Assembly: GCA_016748015.1 (NCBI GenBank)
Contig: JAAOMT010000226.1
Coordinates: 788,604 to 852,603, forward strand
DNA from: Geosiphon pyriformis uo1
Taxonomy: Eukaryota; Fungi; Glomeromycota
Direction: 5' to 3'
Length of the DNA: 64,000 nt
Shown here: one piece after another, positions 11,668-25,692 of the stretch
Position numbering within the stretch: the first letter of the stretch is position 1
Layout: every line of letters starts with the position of its first letter
Position numbers and translations under genes: made by a program
The notes under the pieces: model-generated
What the model saw: the letters and a program-made list of their open reading frames with translations, nothing else
Told to the model about the DNA's origin: nothing
Databases searched by the model: none

Positions 11668-14600
11668 CATGAAACTAAGAAAATCAATGTTACAGTTATT
11701 ACATGATTATTGTCAATTAGCTTTCTTATTTTCATCAGTTTGAAAGAATTCATATAGTCAGAGTACTGGATTATCAATAAGATTTGAGACCACAAGAAAG
11801 ACATGTTTAAAGAGCAATAACAAGAGTATGAGACAAGCTTACGAAAAGTAGTATATAGAATAATAAATAGGAAAGTAAATAATAAATTTGATGATCTAAT
11901 CGTATTAGTGTGGAATAATAAACACACGAACAACAGATCTCAATTTTTTGGTGGTTATAGATGTAAATTATGAGATTGTCTTCTTGATTAGCTTTTAAGA
12001 CATTCTCTCCAAATTTAGATGAGTATTTAATAGTATATATATTAATTATTGTTTTTTATCATGCATTAATAAATATTTCTTTACAATTATTAATTTTATA
12101 ATATTTTAGCTTATTATGTGGATCAAGAGTTTAATGTAAAATTAATCAGTTTATGTAAACAAAGTCTTTTTTGTTTTAATTATATAAACTGAACTACTTA
12201 TATAGTTAGTGTATGTCTGAAAATTTAAAAATTGTAAATAACAAGTTTTTTAATAAAATTTTCAAATTTACTTGATATTTATTTGTAACAATATTGTCAT
12301 TTTAAATATTTTATAAATTCTTATTTGTTAAAACTGTAATTTCAAATGAAAAATTTACATTAATATATTTTTTATAATATTAAAATGCTTGCTCTGAATA
12401 ACTTCATAAAATTTATTAATTTTTTATGTAATATTCAATTTTCATCAATTTAATAAGATATTATTTTGAGAAAAAATATTATAATTGGAAAAAATTTAAA
12501 CATTAAAAATAATAAAATACATTTTAATACATTCTTAAATTAAAATGAAAATAATAAATTCAATATTTTTTCAATCATTAAAACAAAGATTTAATTACTT
12601 TTTAAAATTGTTTACCTTTGAAGATAGAAATTACAAAGTAAAAAATTTTACTTTCAAACTTTTTAATTGTCTTTTCAAACTAAAAAAAAAATCATGGTCA
12701 TCTCCTTTTTTATTCTAATTTTGCATTACAATAATCAAAGGAAAATAGTGAAATTGGTAAGCAGTTGAAAAGTAATGAAATTAATGAATAGAGTGAAGCG
12801 AGTTGTTAAATTACATTATACTATTGATATTTTTTAAAAAATATATATTCAGATTGCATTAAAGCTTATGCAGCTAATACTTTAATTGCGAGCAAAATTA
12901 ATACAAAAACAAATTAATGTTCATGTAAATTAAAAAAATAAATAAATCATAATAAGATGGTTTGATACTTGATTGTAAAACTTGTCAAAAAAAAGAATTT
13001 ATTCTTAATATTATCAATTTTATTCTCGGTGTTTGCTTGCAAATCAACCTGATTTTTTACAACACAAAGAATTAATTTAACAAAAATTAAAATAAAAAGG
13101 TTATGAGATATATCAATAATTTTTGCAAAATTAATTTACAATTAACGTTTCTCTTATTCTTTTTATAGATAATATTTTATTCAAACTTTTATTCTAATTT
13201 TTAAATATATTGGAAAGCAATTAAGAAATATATTTGTGTTTATTGTCAATATAATTTATAATTATTAAAAAATAATCTTCTTTTTGTATTTGATTCAATT
13301 TCAATAGAAATTATGCAAGCTTATGAACAATCATCTTGGTATTGGACAGATGCATACAGTTATCAATTAATTGAAAAAACATCAGAAAATTCTGTAAATG
13401 AAAAATATTATGTTAATTAATAATTTTTATTTTTATTTTTTATACATTCATAAATTACTTGATGACTTAGAAATTTCCCCCTATATATTATTTACTTGTT
13501 GCTATTTAATACAATTTTTTGTTTAACCTAGAAAAAATTGAGTAGGAATACGTCTTATTTTTATTGATTACAATATTTTATAAAAATCAATCAAAAAATT
13601 TACAAAATTTTAATAATATGAATATTAAAAAAATGAAAATAGTCAAAAAAATACCAAACATCAAAATACAACAACATTTGGAACATGTCTTAATAATAAC
13701 AAAGAACTTTAGGTAGATTTTTGAAAATATTATTACATTTTTATTATATACCATAAATAATTTTATCCTATTAATATGTTTTAAAAAAACTTATAGTTTA
13801 ATTTGATTTTGGTTTAAATATATAAAATTGGATTTTAATTTGAATAAATAAATTATTGTTTAAAAATGTTCAAGTGTTTTGATTTATTCTTGCTTTTGTT
13901 TGTAATATATTTATATGATTAAAAAAGATTCAATTATAAATAATTATTAAAAAAAATAATATTTATCAACCAACAATATTTTTGCAAAAAAAGACAATTT
14001 ATAATCGTTTAATATTCAATGAAACCATAATAATGCCTTAAATAAGTATTTATATTAATAAGTTTAGAAATTTTAAAAAGTCATTTATTGCAAAAAGTAA
14101 AAAACTAATTTTTAAAATCAGTGAAAAACATGATAATTAATTTTATGCCATTTTTTATTTTAGAATTTATAAATAAATTTTAAAACATTTTTATTAGTTT
14201 AAACAAACCCACAATAAATGATAATTAACATCTTTTCCGGTTTATACATGTAAATATTTTAATGAAACAAAGCTTTTATATTTTTTTATTTATTGTTTTT
14301 TATAGTATAAAGTATTGTAAGTTTGAATTGAATAAAAATATTTAAGGTTTATTAATATGTTTCCACATTTTGATTTGCCAAATCAAAAATTAACACAAAA
14401 ATAAATATTTTTAAAAAAACATTGCCCATTTTTGTGATTATTTTTTATTTAAAAATATTTTTTAATTTTTGAAAAATTATTAGAATGTTTTTATTTAAAT
14501 AAATTTTAAAAATTTATAAAATAAAATTATATTTCAAAAAAATTTTTGCATATATGCTAAATATTAAATAAAAAAAAAAGCATGTCATAAAAAATACATA

Positions 14601-15024
14601 TAAAATAATAAATTTTCTACTTGTTTAATCTTTTGTAATAGAAAAGCATACTAGAATATTAAAAAAAACTGTTAATATTGAAAAAAAAAAATTGTTAAAA
14701 ATCATTTTCAAGTAAGATTTTTTTACATATAAAAATACAGTCAAACCTGAAATAACCCATACTGAGATAACTTATAACCTGTGATAAGCCATAGCATTTT
14801 GAATCTACCAATTTGGTAGTTAAAGAATTCTTATGTTTATAACCCATACCTGTGATACCCAATAACCCATAACTTTTTACTGTCAGTATGGGTTATCTCA
14901 GGTGCTAGATTTAGTTTAAATTCTGCTTATTCTGGTAAAATTGCAGTAAAGCAAACCAATATTTCCATGACTAAAAATGCTATATGATAATTTAACATTA
15001 CTTATTCAACAGAATAATCATTAA

Positions 15025-15447
15025 TCATGTAAGTAATCAAGTCGGAGTTTCGAATTGTCCCAAGTTCTAAATTATCATCAATTGTATGAGTAATCAAGTC
15101 AGAGTTTTGAATTGTCCTAAGTTTTAAATTATTACTAACCTTGTGAGTAATCAAGTCGGAATTTCAAATTGTCCCAAGTTCTAAATTATCATCGATTGTA
15201 TAAGTAATTAAGTCGGAGTTTCGAATTGTCCCAAGTTCTAAATTATCATCGATTGTATGAGTAATCAAGTCGGAGTTTCGAATTGTCCCAAGTTTTAAAT
15301 TATTACTAACCTTGTGAGTAATCAAGTCAGAGTTTTAAATTGTCCCAAGTTCTAAATTATTATTGATTGTGTGAGTAATCAAATCAGAGTTTCGAATTGT
15401 TCCAAGTTTTAAATTATTATCAATTGTGTAAGTAATCAAGTCGGATT
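15025..15447. repeat. 57-bp minisatellite (~7.3 copies) inside the pogo element
   Basis: gtaatcaagtc-type anchor recurs at 15033, 15090, 15147, 15204, 15261, 15318, 15375 and 15432. Confidence 0.95.
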
Positions 15448-15448
15448 T

Positions 15449-17150
15449 TTGGATCAGCCTCATCCTAATTGTACTTTTCCTTTGCCTTTTGATTCCACCA
15501 TTTCTAATAGCAAAAAGCATGCTATCTCTTCAGCTTGCATTCCGCAAAGTCGTGAGAATGCTACACTTCATGATAAGCTTATGGTGCTTGATTGGTATCA
15601 TGCAAATGATAAAAACCAATTAAAAACTGCAAGGCACTTTAAGAAAAACGGTTTTTCATACATGAAACAGCCTCTAGTTTCAGCTTGGGTCAAAGATAAA
15701 CCAAATCTTCATGCACAAGCAAATACAATACGTGACTTGACTAGCAAGCGTATACACACAGTATGTAATCCTGACTTTGATAAAGCACTTGTTATTTTTG
15801 TTCAAGAGGTAGAATCGCGTGGAATGACACTTACTGAAGATGTAATTCGAGCTGCTGGCATAAAGTTCTATGATCAATTGGATATTCCAGAAAATGAGTG
15901 CCAAAAACTATCCAATGGCTGGCTTGAGAGCTTTAAAGACCGTGTTGGATTTCATTCACTTCACTTTCATGGTGATGCATCATCAGCCAATGTTGAGCAT
16001 ATTGAAGATGAACAAGTGCATGTAATGACACTTCTTGCTGATTGGAGGTTATGTGGTATTTTTAACATGGATGAAACTGCACTATTTTATGCCATATCAC
16101 CAAATCAAGGTCTTGCTACAATACCACGTCATGGCACCAAATAATCAAAAGTGTGACTAACACTTGCCTTTACAACCAATGCTAATGGAACTGAGCATTT
16201 GCCACCACTTATTAGTGGTCATGCTAAACGTCTATGCTGTTTCCAAAAAAAAACAGGAGAGCAACTTGGTTTCCAATATTATTCAAACACTCGTGCTTGG
16301 ATGACTGGTGATATTTTTTGACAGTGACTTGTTGATTGGGACTATCAGCTGCGTAAAAAAAATCGAAACATATTGTTATTAGTAGACAATTTTGCTGGTC
16401 ACAACTATGATATGAGATCTATTGCAAATATTCATGTAGAACAGTTTGCACCTAACTTGACAGCACATATTCAGCCTATAGATGCTGGAATTATTCATTG
16501 TTTTAAGTCACATTACTGTCACTATTTTCTTTGCCATGCATTGGATCTTTTTGATGATGGTGCTGATGATATTTATGCAATCAACCAACTTTAAGCAATG
16601 TGTCTAATTTATAGGACATGGGAGAATGTTTCAAATGAAACAATCGCTCATTGCTGGCACAAAGTTGGCATTCTTCCAATCAATACAAATGACAACTTTC
16701 AGAATGAAACTACAAACTTGGAAATAATAGCTAATTATAATCAAAAAATAGTATTAGAAAAGATTAAGGATTGCTACAAAGAGTTCAATTGCATACAGCC
16801 AAATCGTACATACTTATCAATTGAAGAGTTGGTAAATCTATCTGAGAAAAATGATACAATTACTTTGGAATATCTGGATGATGATGAGGCAAATTATATT
16901 ATAACAAATCGTGAAACAAAGCATGATAGCTCTGATGAAAAACAAGAGGTACAGAAAGTAATGAGTATTAAGGATGCACTAACTGCTATTACAAATCTTG
17001 AACAGTTTATGGAGCTTGAAAATAGCAAGGAGTTTTATGATGCAGTTAGTAAGCTTGCTTATGTTAAATGTATACTTCATAAGATAAACAAAAACAAACA
17101 ACTTTTACAAGTTTCTTTAATATTACATAAACTATTTAAAGATTCTTATA
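15449..17150 (+). pseudogene. CENP-B/pogo-type HTH + DDE_1 transposase, inactivated by in-frame stops
   Basis: SNGWLESFKDR (HTH_Tnp_Tc5), FNMDETALFY, AWMTGDIF, LLVDNFAGH and QPIDAGIIHCFK. The three track ORFs (15449, 16373, 16598) share one frame and are separated only by stop codons. Confidence 0.92.
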
Positions 17151-17963
17151 AGAATATGCAAATAAATTTATTTTTTAATAATATTATATCTATTTTTATT
17201 ATAGGTATACTATATATACTTAAACCTGAGAAAACCCATAACCTGTAATAACCCATAGCAATTTGTATCCACCAAGGGTATGGGTTATCTCAGGTTTGAC
17301 TGTATATTTTTAAATTTTAAGGCTTTTATATACAAAAAATAAAACAGATTACACCTTATTGGTTTCTTTATTTTGTATCAGAAACTTTTTTATTTGAATG
17401 TTTGATATGTTTTTAATGCATAAAGTTTTCTTAGCCTTTTTTCAACAATCAGTTATTAAGATCAAAAAGGTACCATTTACATTAGTACTTGAATTCGAAT
17501 TAGTTTAAAATTAGACCACAGACATAGCTTACCCAAGCTCAATGTATATAATCTCGCAAATTGAAATTAATGATGCAATGGAATGTATGATATTGAAGCA
17601 TTTAGATATATAAAGTTACTTTTTGAGCGGGATCTTTTCAAATAGAATATTAAAGCGTAACAAACAATTTCCACGACCCAGATTCATGTCAAATATTTGG
17701 TTTCCCCACGACTAATCATGTCTTCCTACCTACGTAATACAGTGAAAGCTATCTGTTTCTACTATTAGTGTTATGGTACTTTTAAAGTTTTATTGTCCAC
17801 TGTATATTATTTGCTTGTATCGGGAACGCCTATTTTCGGAAATCTTTAATACTTGTCTCGTGATATGTACACCTATCGGGAAACATGAAGTTGTGGAACA
17901 TTATCAATCACAACATCGATATTAAATGGATAGTTTGACTTTCCTTCTACTAAGAACGACACA

Positions 17964-19753
17964 ATGAGTGCTATTCCGTCTGAAATTCTTCACCAAATTT
18001 TCAAATCCCTCTGTCAAGGCCAAACTTCTAAAGATTTATATTCTTGTCTTTTGGTCAATAGACATTGGTGTTCTAATGCCACAGTTACTTTATGGAAAAA
18101 TCCGTTTTCACTCACAAATCGAACTTACCAAGTGATCGATACTTATTTGCTTTGTCTTTCACCATCTGCAGTGCAACGACTTAACTTGGGGAATATTATT
18201 CACCATCCAAATCCTCTTTTTGATTATCCTTCGTTTTTAAAGGAATTCTCATTGCAAGCTTTTTGCCATGCTATAGAAGAGTGGTTTACGAAGAGAGATG
18301 AAATGATGGATATTGAAAATGGTAAGTTGAAAACATTTAAATATTGATCGGGAGGTGACAGAAAAATTAACTTGAAACAGATTTTTCAAAAACTCCTCAT
18401 CAAACATGGTTGCTACCATCTTTAGAATTGTCCATAATCTTAGACCCACATTTAAATGACAATAAATTCATCTCCAATAATTCGAATAATTACATCTGGC
18501 GAAGAGAATTCTGGATGCTTGAAGAAATATTTACAATGGTTGCAGGACGCTGTTCGACTCTGGATTTTTTCTCGATCGATGCGAATGCCCTGGGGATTTT
18601 TCATATTGTAAATCTGGAAGATATTCTTTGGCCATTTTTTCAGGCCAATTGTCGAGCTTTGACGAAAACAAGTGTCCTTGAATTGGGTGGTGACGCTGCT
18701 TATTCCAATAATCATCATATCTTAGAGGAAATTTCTCAACGTGCTGTCAATATCACAACCCTTATTCTTCACGGTCCAGATAAAGGCGAATATAATGAGG
18801 AATTTGGTGACGATGGAATTGGCGATGCACTTCCTCGATTCATTTCCTCGCTAAAGTCTCTGAAACATTTCCAAATGGTAGATTGGGAATCGGATATTTC
18901 GGAAGTTATATTGGCTTTATCGGGAGTGAAAGAAACACTAATATCAGTTGAATTTGATGGATGCGGGTTTTCAGATGCGGTAGAGGCTTTATGCCCAAAT
19001 GAAGAAGGATCCGAAGAGATTCAAAAAAATATTTTTGAAGGCATGCTCGAATGTATGAATATAGAATCGCTGAGATTTCATAATGTTAAAAATATTCCTG
19101 GATTTTTAATGAACACTTTACATCAACCGGGAGCTTTCCCTCGACTAAGGCATCTAAAATTTAACCAGACAGATGATTGCTATAAAAGTGATGGTATTCC
19201 CACATCGCCACTACTGAGAATTATACGAAATTCATGCTCTACTATGGAATCTGTTTTAATCCCCCAAATTGATATTGCTCGAGTTCCTGGAATACTGATT
19301 ATATTATCTAACTGTCCTAATCTGCGTAGACTGAAATTACGAGTACAAAAGGCCGAAAATTTCGACCCTTTATACAAATTTCTTGATTCATGCACTAAAT
19401 TAAAAAAACTCGAATTCGTTGGGGATGACCCTTTTGCCTGGCAACTCGTTTCACATCGTGGAACCACTTATGGGGCTCAAGCGATAGTAGAATTAGGCCG
19501 TCGTATCCCTCAAACATTGACTCATCTCTCAATATTATCAAATTGGTCTTTTTCCCCACTAGATCTCGCTGCTTTCCTCGATAACCTTCAATGTAAACCT
19601 AAAACTATTGTCATGGCAGTTAACATCTTCCCAGATACCTACACTCAAACTCTTGTTAAATATGCTCATAAGGTGGGTGCTCAAATTTCGGAGTCCCCAG
19701 TTGATAACAAAGATGAGATCTTTCTACGCAAAAAGATTCATATTAAAAAATAG
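17964..19753 (+). CDS. F-box / leucine-rich repeat (RNI-like) protein
   Basis: N-terminal F-box (IPSEILHQIF...DLYSCLLVNRHWC) and PLFDYPSFLK. Intron 18322-18380 joins in frame to the 447-aa LRR ORF. Confidence 0.9.
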
Positions 19754-21776
19754 GCCTAGGATTCCGAGACAAGAATTTAGAGTGTAAAATTTTGTTAAAT
19801 CTATTGCCCGGAAATTTTAAAGAGAAGCCTTTATTCAATGTACAGAAAGCGACTTTAATATAACTTGAAGTTTGTAATTTATAAAACAATTAAAGCTTAT
19901 GGTTAAGTTACATTAGCACTAAAATATCTAGATATCCAGATATTCTATATAAATTTTCATATGAGTTCTTAAAAAATATATTAGTATCCAGATTGCTTGA
20001 TCAATTTAAAATGATTTGGGTCTGCAATTAAAAAAATTCTATTTAAATATTATAATTATAGTTTTTATCTTTTTATTTAAGAAAAATAAAAAAGCTTCCA
20101 ACTATAAAAAAAATTAAATTGGTCATTTGATGTTTGAAATTTTTAAATTCACAGCATATAAGAAAATTTGCATTAAAAATATATTAACAGCAAATAGTTT
20201 TACATCTATTTATATTAAGATTGAGATTTTTAATATGTTATAACAACATTAACATAAAATATGTATTGCTTTATCTAATTATTTTATCAATTTGTTACCT
20301 TAATTAACTTCTCAATTTTAGGTTTTTGTTAAATTTAAATTCTTAAAACTGACTTTTTCTGATTTAATTTTTACTTAGGTGTAATGAAAATATTCTTTGG
20401 TTTTGTTTCTAGATTATAAGTTAAATAAAAAGTTTATTGTAAATTTCATTTATAATAAGTTTTAATCAAATACATGTATTTTTACAAACATAAAAACTAT
20501 AATTCATCTTTGAAATATCTTTAAAAAAAGATAAATTGTGATATTTTGCCATAGAATTTGGATTTCTTATTGATCTTAATTTCTTTTTTAAACTTAATTG
20601 TTTTATTCATCAAAAAGTTTTTTTTTTAATATTTGATTGGAAACTCAATCACTAAAATCTAATCAAAAATCGAAGCAAGCGACTCGCTTTATCCTGAGCT
20701 AGAAACTTTGTGCAATGAAGATTGCTTGATTCGCTGGACTTTATATATTCCCAAGTGCACAGCATTATACCAAATTTAGCTGAGCTTTTTGCTTTCTATT
20801 CAGAATAGTTTTAGGTAATAGAAACGATCTGCGACTAAATTGACTCCTATAATCGGAAATCACAAATTGGTGGGAATATCGAAGATGCTCCGTCTGCAAC
20901 TTTAATCGTCGTAGTAAAGAGGCTTTCTCATTTAGATTCTTTCGACATTAAAGAAAAACTCCATCACAAAGAATGATCTCAACCATGTTTGTTAAAAGTT
21001 CTCATACAAAAAACAAAATTCACTTTTAAAACATATGATAATGGATCGATTTTCGACATTTCAAGCTGATACTGAATGTCGCTGGGATCCATGAAATAAT
21101 CCATATTTGCGGGAAATGCAATATTTCCGATTTGAGAAAAATTTGGATATTCCGCATGCGATTACTTGTTATTGTCACATTAATTTCAAAATATCACAAA
21201 CAATAAAAGAAACATTTATTTACTTAATTTATGATACATTGACATTGTTCCAAAACCTTCATTGAATTATAGAGCTTGGCATTCCCTTAGATACTCCCCA
21301 TTTATCCTAAGGTGATTAAAAAAAACCTATATCGAGATGAATTTAGCCTCCTGTTTTCGAACATTTGATTGTCGAAGAGAACGTCTTTCGGGTTATTTGA
21401 TTTGGGCTACCGGTATATAATATTAGGCTATTAACTGAAACATGCTGAAATTACAAAATTTTTCGTCCAAGATTTTTTCTTTACCTTCTTTTAGCTAAAA
21501 AAATAATCAAATTAATTTTGTGGATAAAAAGTTCAAACCTTTGTTTCTACATTTTTCTTGGAAATTTATCTCAAGTCAAAAGAAACTTATATGACGGATC
21601 AGAGAAAACACAATTTCCCATGCAACATTCATTTATACTGGACAAAAATCGATCTTAACGGGTTTATGATAAGACGAATATCATTAAAACATGCCATTAA
21701 ACATTGAATATTTTTGCGGAGCGATGAAATTCTTAACACCTTAGTCAAAAGGCCATTTTCTATCCTTCCAAGGTAA

Positions 21777-23200
21777 TTACTCTCTAGCCTTGATAGTGAT
21801 CATTCCTTCTTTTAAACCAGGAATTTTAGCAAGACTAGAAGGTGTGCACATAGAGGCTGTCAAATTGTTCGCATCCAACACATTCAGCACCTCAACATTA
21901 ACACAATTGTGCAAAGCCATCCAAGAAGAACATCCGGAAAAATTAATTTCTCTTAATTCGATCTGCTTTAGTGTTGACGCGTGTAAACCAATTGCTTCCA
22001 ATAGAAGACGGGCACCTGATGTAACATATGCAATCTTAAGCGTTGTGAGAGAATTTTGTAGAGCAATAAAATTGAACAGGGCTGAATTAATTGCAGCAGT
22101 TTCAAGATAATTCCTTGGATTGGGAAGTTCGGCAGAAATCGAAGCCTAAAATGTTGTAATAAAAATTTGGTTTCTGATAAAAAGAATCTAGAAATACGTA
22201 ACTCTTTTCTATTTGATCACACAAGCTCCCTTTTTTAGCTAGAAGAAACAGAAGAGAATCATATATCAATTACCAAGCTTTGACAATCGTGCATAATTTG
22301 ACAAAGAAATTTGCCAAGCGGAAAATCTTCACCGCGAATATACAGCTCTCTGATATCTGTGATCAAAGATCGGTGTTCCAATTTGCCAACGAGTAGCTCC
22401 AGTCCACTCATATCATGAAAAGCAGCATCAAAATATAACCCATGAAGCTTTACATCATGTTGTTGAAAAAGATTCAAGAGAGCAATTGTAACTTGTTTTA
22501 CTTGATCGTCATCCTCAGCGAAATTATTTGAAGCCAGCCAACTATGTACGGCGGAAATCATTGAGCCATAGTCTAGATATCGAAGAAATGAGGCGTATTC
22601 AAAATGAATGGTAGATTCCTGTTCCATCGTGCTATTTGTATTATGTGTTGAACAAACATTATCTCCTAATTCTCTCCTTTGGTCTTTATTAAGGCCGATA
22701 AGTAAAGTCTTTAATATTTTTACATGATTGACGCCGAAGGGAAATGGTCTGCTCCATAATAAAGGTACTGCAATTGTGCACCAATGCCGGTTTACCAGTG
22801 CACAATTATATAAAGAAATCAAATCTTCACGAATATTCGAGTGTGTTGTTGACATTTTGGTATTCCCTGGTTCTCCAGCAACGATACCAAAATTTTGGAG
22901 CGTCAAAAAATTACGAAATATTTGTTCAAGCAGTACAGTATTCGAAGGAAGTGGATTTTGTGAATTCAGTATGAGCTTTATGTGGCCGTCATTTAAATGA
23001 AGATTATCTCGTGGGGGGAGACGTTTGTGTCGTTTAACCGAAGATTGTTGAGTAAGGTGTGGTATTCTTGCTGGATGGATAGAAGACGGAGTTGATGAAG
23101 TATTGGGAAATCGGAGTTTTACAGCCCTACCAGATTGTGAGAAATATGGATTTCCTCCTTTCCCGTTTGATCTCAAAGAATGTTTGCGCCTACTGGGCAT
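21777..23200 (-). CDS. F-box / LRR protein with basic N-terminal extension
   Basis: LYNCALVNRHWCTIAVPLLWSRPF and FEYASFLRYLD. Intron ~22273-22146 joins in frame to an LRR exon ending at 21777. Confidence 0.85.
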
Positions 23201-23968
23201 CAGGACGAATAAATTTCTTTATCTGCTTTCGAATTATAATCGAAATTGTGAACTTTCAAATATTAAAATCAATGAGCCATATTTTATTCGCTCTGAAAAA
23301 TATCTTTGGTATAATAGATTTACAGCCCTTTCCTATTTCAGTTTACATACATTTTACCAAAAATTTGGCTCGTATTCGCGGCAAAACAAACGTTTGGAAG
23401 CAAGACGAGAAATTGGAAATCGGGACCGTGAAAAATCTGCTTGGTATTAATAAATGCAACCAATCCAATTCAAGTACACAATGACGTAACCCTCAACAAT
23501 TTACAAAACTAATAACCATAACAAGTACTTATTAAGGCCGTCGGAAATCCATAACAGATATTTCCGGAGTCTTTCGGATATTTTGAGTGACATACATGAT
23601 GATCAAGCATGTCATCATGTCAAGTCTTCAATGACCCTCATTAAGGAAATAGTGATGATTTACACTCTAAAAAAATAATTGTAGGGCATCTAACAATGTG
23701 CGAATTATGGACCTTGGGAATTTTGAAAATTTTTGAAAATTTCCAACTCCCCTTCCTAGTTATGGTGAATTGTATTAAATTTACATACCGTAATTATATC
23801 GTAATCTGAGTTGAAACATCTGATTTTTGCGTGATAAAAATGATTAATTTAAGTTAACCTCGTGCGCTGAGTTGCTTTCAATTTCAAATATATATAAATA
23901 CTTGTACAGGAGATGCTTGGTGTTGCAACCCAGGTTCATTTGGTTTGATCAACACAATAACCGAGTCG

Positions 23969-25048
23969 ATGAGTGACCGACCATCTGAAGAGACAAGCCG
24001 TGAACATTTAAAACCGCGTATAAGTGAGATTTTTAAAAGGTTTGGCCAAAAAAGTCAACGAGAAGTATCGCCAACTACCCCACGTCGTTCTACTGATTCA
24101 GCAACAATTAGTCCCTCTTTACCCGAATCCCAATATCAATCTGGTACTTCATCTCCAATAAAAGAAACTTTGCCACCTATAGCACAGCCATCCAGCTCTG
24201 AATCTTCCAAAGAACAATCTAAAATGAAAGAATCTACTCCTTCACAAACCACACCGGAGGAGCAAGTATCACCAGAAAATATCCCAATTCCACCTACTCC
24301 TGTTTCAACAAAAGTAAGCCCAAAAAACGATACATGGGCCCCTGAAGAAGCTTTTTCTTTACCAACAGAAATCAGTCAAGATACTGAACCTGCTGCGGCC
24401 CCAGAAATACAGCGTTCTGCATCTATAACTCATGAAGGGATTGGTGAAGGATCGCCGCGAGCTACACCAATCCCATCTTCATTAACTGGACACACTTTGG
24501 GTCAACATGACACATCACCTACACCTGTTTCGCCATTGAGTTCTAAAGGTGCTTTAGAAACTATGGTCAAACCTCTAGCCAAGTCAATTGTCCAAATCAT
24601 TCCACCATTACCAAGAGCTGATGGGAAAAATTATAATCTTTCAAGTTCAATTGATAACATAAAAAATGCATGGGCAAAATTTTGGCCTATCAGATGGCTT
24701 GGCATTATTACCATGACCTTCACTAGTGTTCCTGTAATTGTTCTAATTGGGTGGATCATCATTACGCTAGGGATTATTTTGGGTATTGCAGGAATTGGAA
24801 TTGGAATTGCCGAAGCAGTTACGATCGGAGTTGGTGGAATCGTCTTGTTGCCTGTGATGGGAGTTTTGACTTTAATCGCTTTCATTGGTGCCTGCATTAC
24901 CGGTTCTGGATACCTGGCATTTGGAGTTTTTTCCTATTTCCTTTCTCTTATTGGGTATGGTGGGAAAATTTCTCTGAAAGATCGGGAGGCATTGAGATTG
25001 GGATCAATGAAGAGTGCTAAACGTGCTGAAAAGAGACGTGCTGGGTAA
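23969..25048 (+). CDS. Ser/Pro/Thr-rich protein with C-terminal hydrophobic hairpins (promethin/LDAF1-like lipid-droplet protein, tentative)
   Basis: Intronless ORF from ATG 23969. About 230-aa low-complexity N-terminus followed by ~90 aa of Gly-rich hydrophobic segments and a basic tail. Confidence 0.6.
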   Translation: MSDRPSEETSREHLKPRISEIFKRFGQKSQREVSPTTPRRSTDSATISPSLPESQYQSGTSSPIKETLPPIAQPSSSESSKEQSKMKESTPSQTTPEEQVSPENIPIPPTPVSTKVSPKNDTWAPEEAFSLPTEISQDTEPAAAPEIQRSASITHEGIGEGSPRATPIPSSLTGHTLGQHDTSPTPVSPLSSKGALETMVKPLAKSIVQIIPPLPRADGKNYNLSSSIDNIKNAWAKFWPIRWLGIITMTFTSVPVIVLIGWIIITLGIILGIAGIGIGIAEAVTIGVGGIVLLPVMGVLTLIAFIGACITGSGYLAFGVFSYFLSLIGYGGKISLKDREALRLGSMKSAKRAEKRRAG

Positions 25049-25692
25049 TGTTTGACAGTCAAGTAAAGCTCTGTTTATAGTAGCTGCATTCTATTAGACT
25101 TCATTTGCAGAGCCATTTTCTCTACTATATTGAACATAATCAAAAGTTGAATATTGTATAATTGCTTGAAATAAAATTTTATCTGTTAGTGAGTTTTACA
25201 TGCTTTGCTTCCAATAAACGCTCATTTAGGCCGTCAGGTAGAAAAATGCTCCCCACTTTCATCAAAAAAAATGAAAATTCCCATTTGAAATCGGATTTAT
25301 TTTTCCTCAATGAGCTATCCTGCAAGTATCATGTTCAGCTGTTGAGCAACAAGCAGATTTGCATATGGTAACAACTAATAATTCGTTAACGAAAGATTTT
25401 AGGAAGTACATTCTGTAGTTTCTTCCTGAAATAAAGATTCTGTACAACAGTAGGACATGTCATATCACAAGAACCTTCTGGAATAAACACATAATAAATT
25501 ATTTCTGGTACAGACGCTACTTGTCTTACGCTGGGAATAGTATATAAAAATAAGAACTTGATGTTTGGAAAGGTTGTGTAAAAACGATTCTTTGAAGTGA
25601 ATATCAATTTGAAAACATCAAAAGTATAATTTTAAAAGTATCAGGCCGGCTAAACATTGAGCGCTAAGTTTATCTAAATAATCCATATAAAA

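Larger units (their letters stand above)
14738..17302 (+). mobile_element. Full-length pogo/Tigger-like (Tc1/mariner superfamily) DNA transposon
   Basis: 24-bp TIRs: cagtcaaacctgaaataacccata (14738-14761) and tatgggttatctcaggtttgactg (17279-17302), one mismatch. TA flanks on both sides (14736-37, 17303-04). Subterminal ataacccata repeats at both ends. Confidence 0.95.

Noticed and set aside
9500-14700. Possible decayed genes or transposases at ~9.5-11 kb and ~12.6-13.5 kb
   Set aside because: Too eroded to assign. Only the hAT fragment at 11.5 kb is supportable.
15025-15447. Possible CRISPR array
   Set aside because: Units are contiguous 57-bp tandem repeats with no unique spacers, inside a eukaryotic transposon, and no cas genes are present.
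23092-23484. 130-aa and 115-aa plus-strand ORFs, and similar antisense ORFs over the kinase, ATPase and lipase
   Set aside because: Shadow ORFs overlapping well-supported genes on the opposite strand or in another frame, with no motifs.
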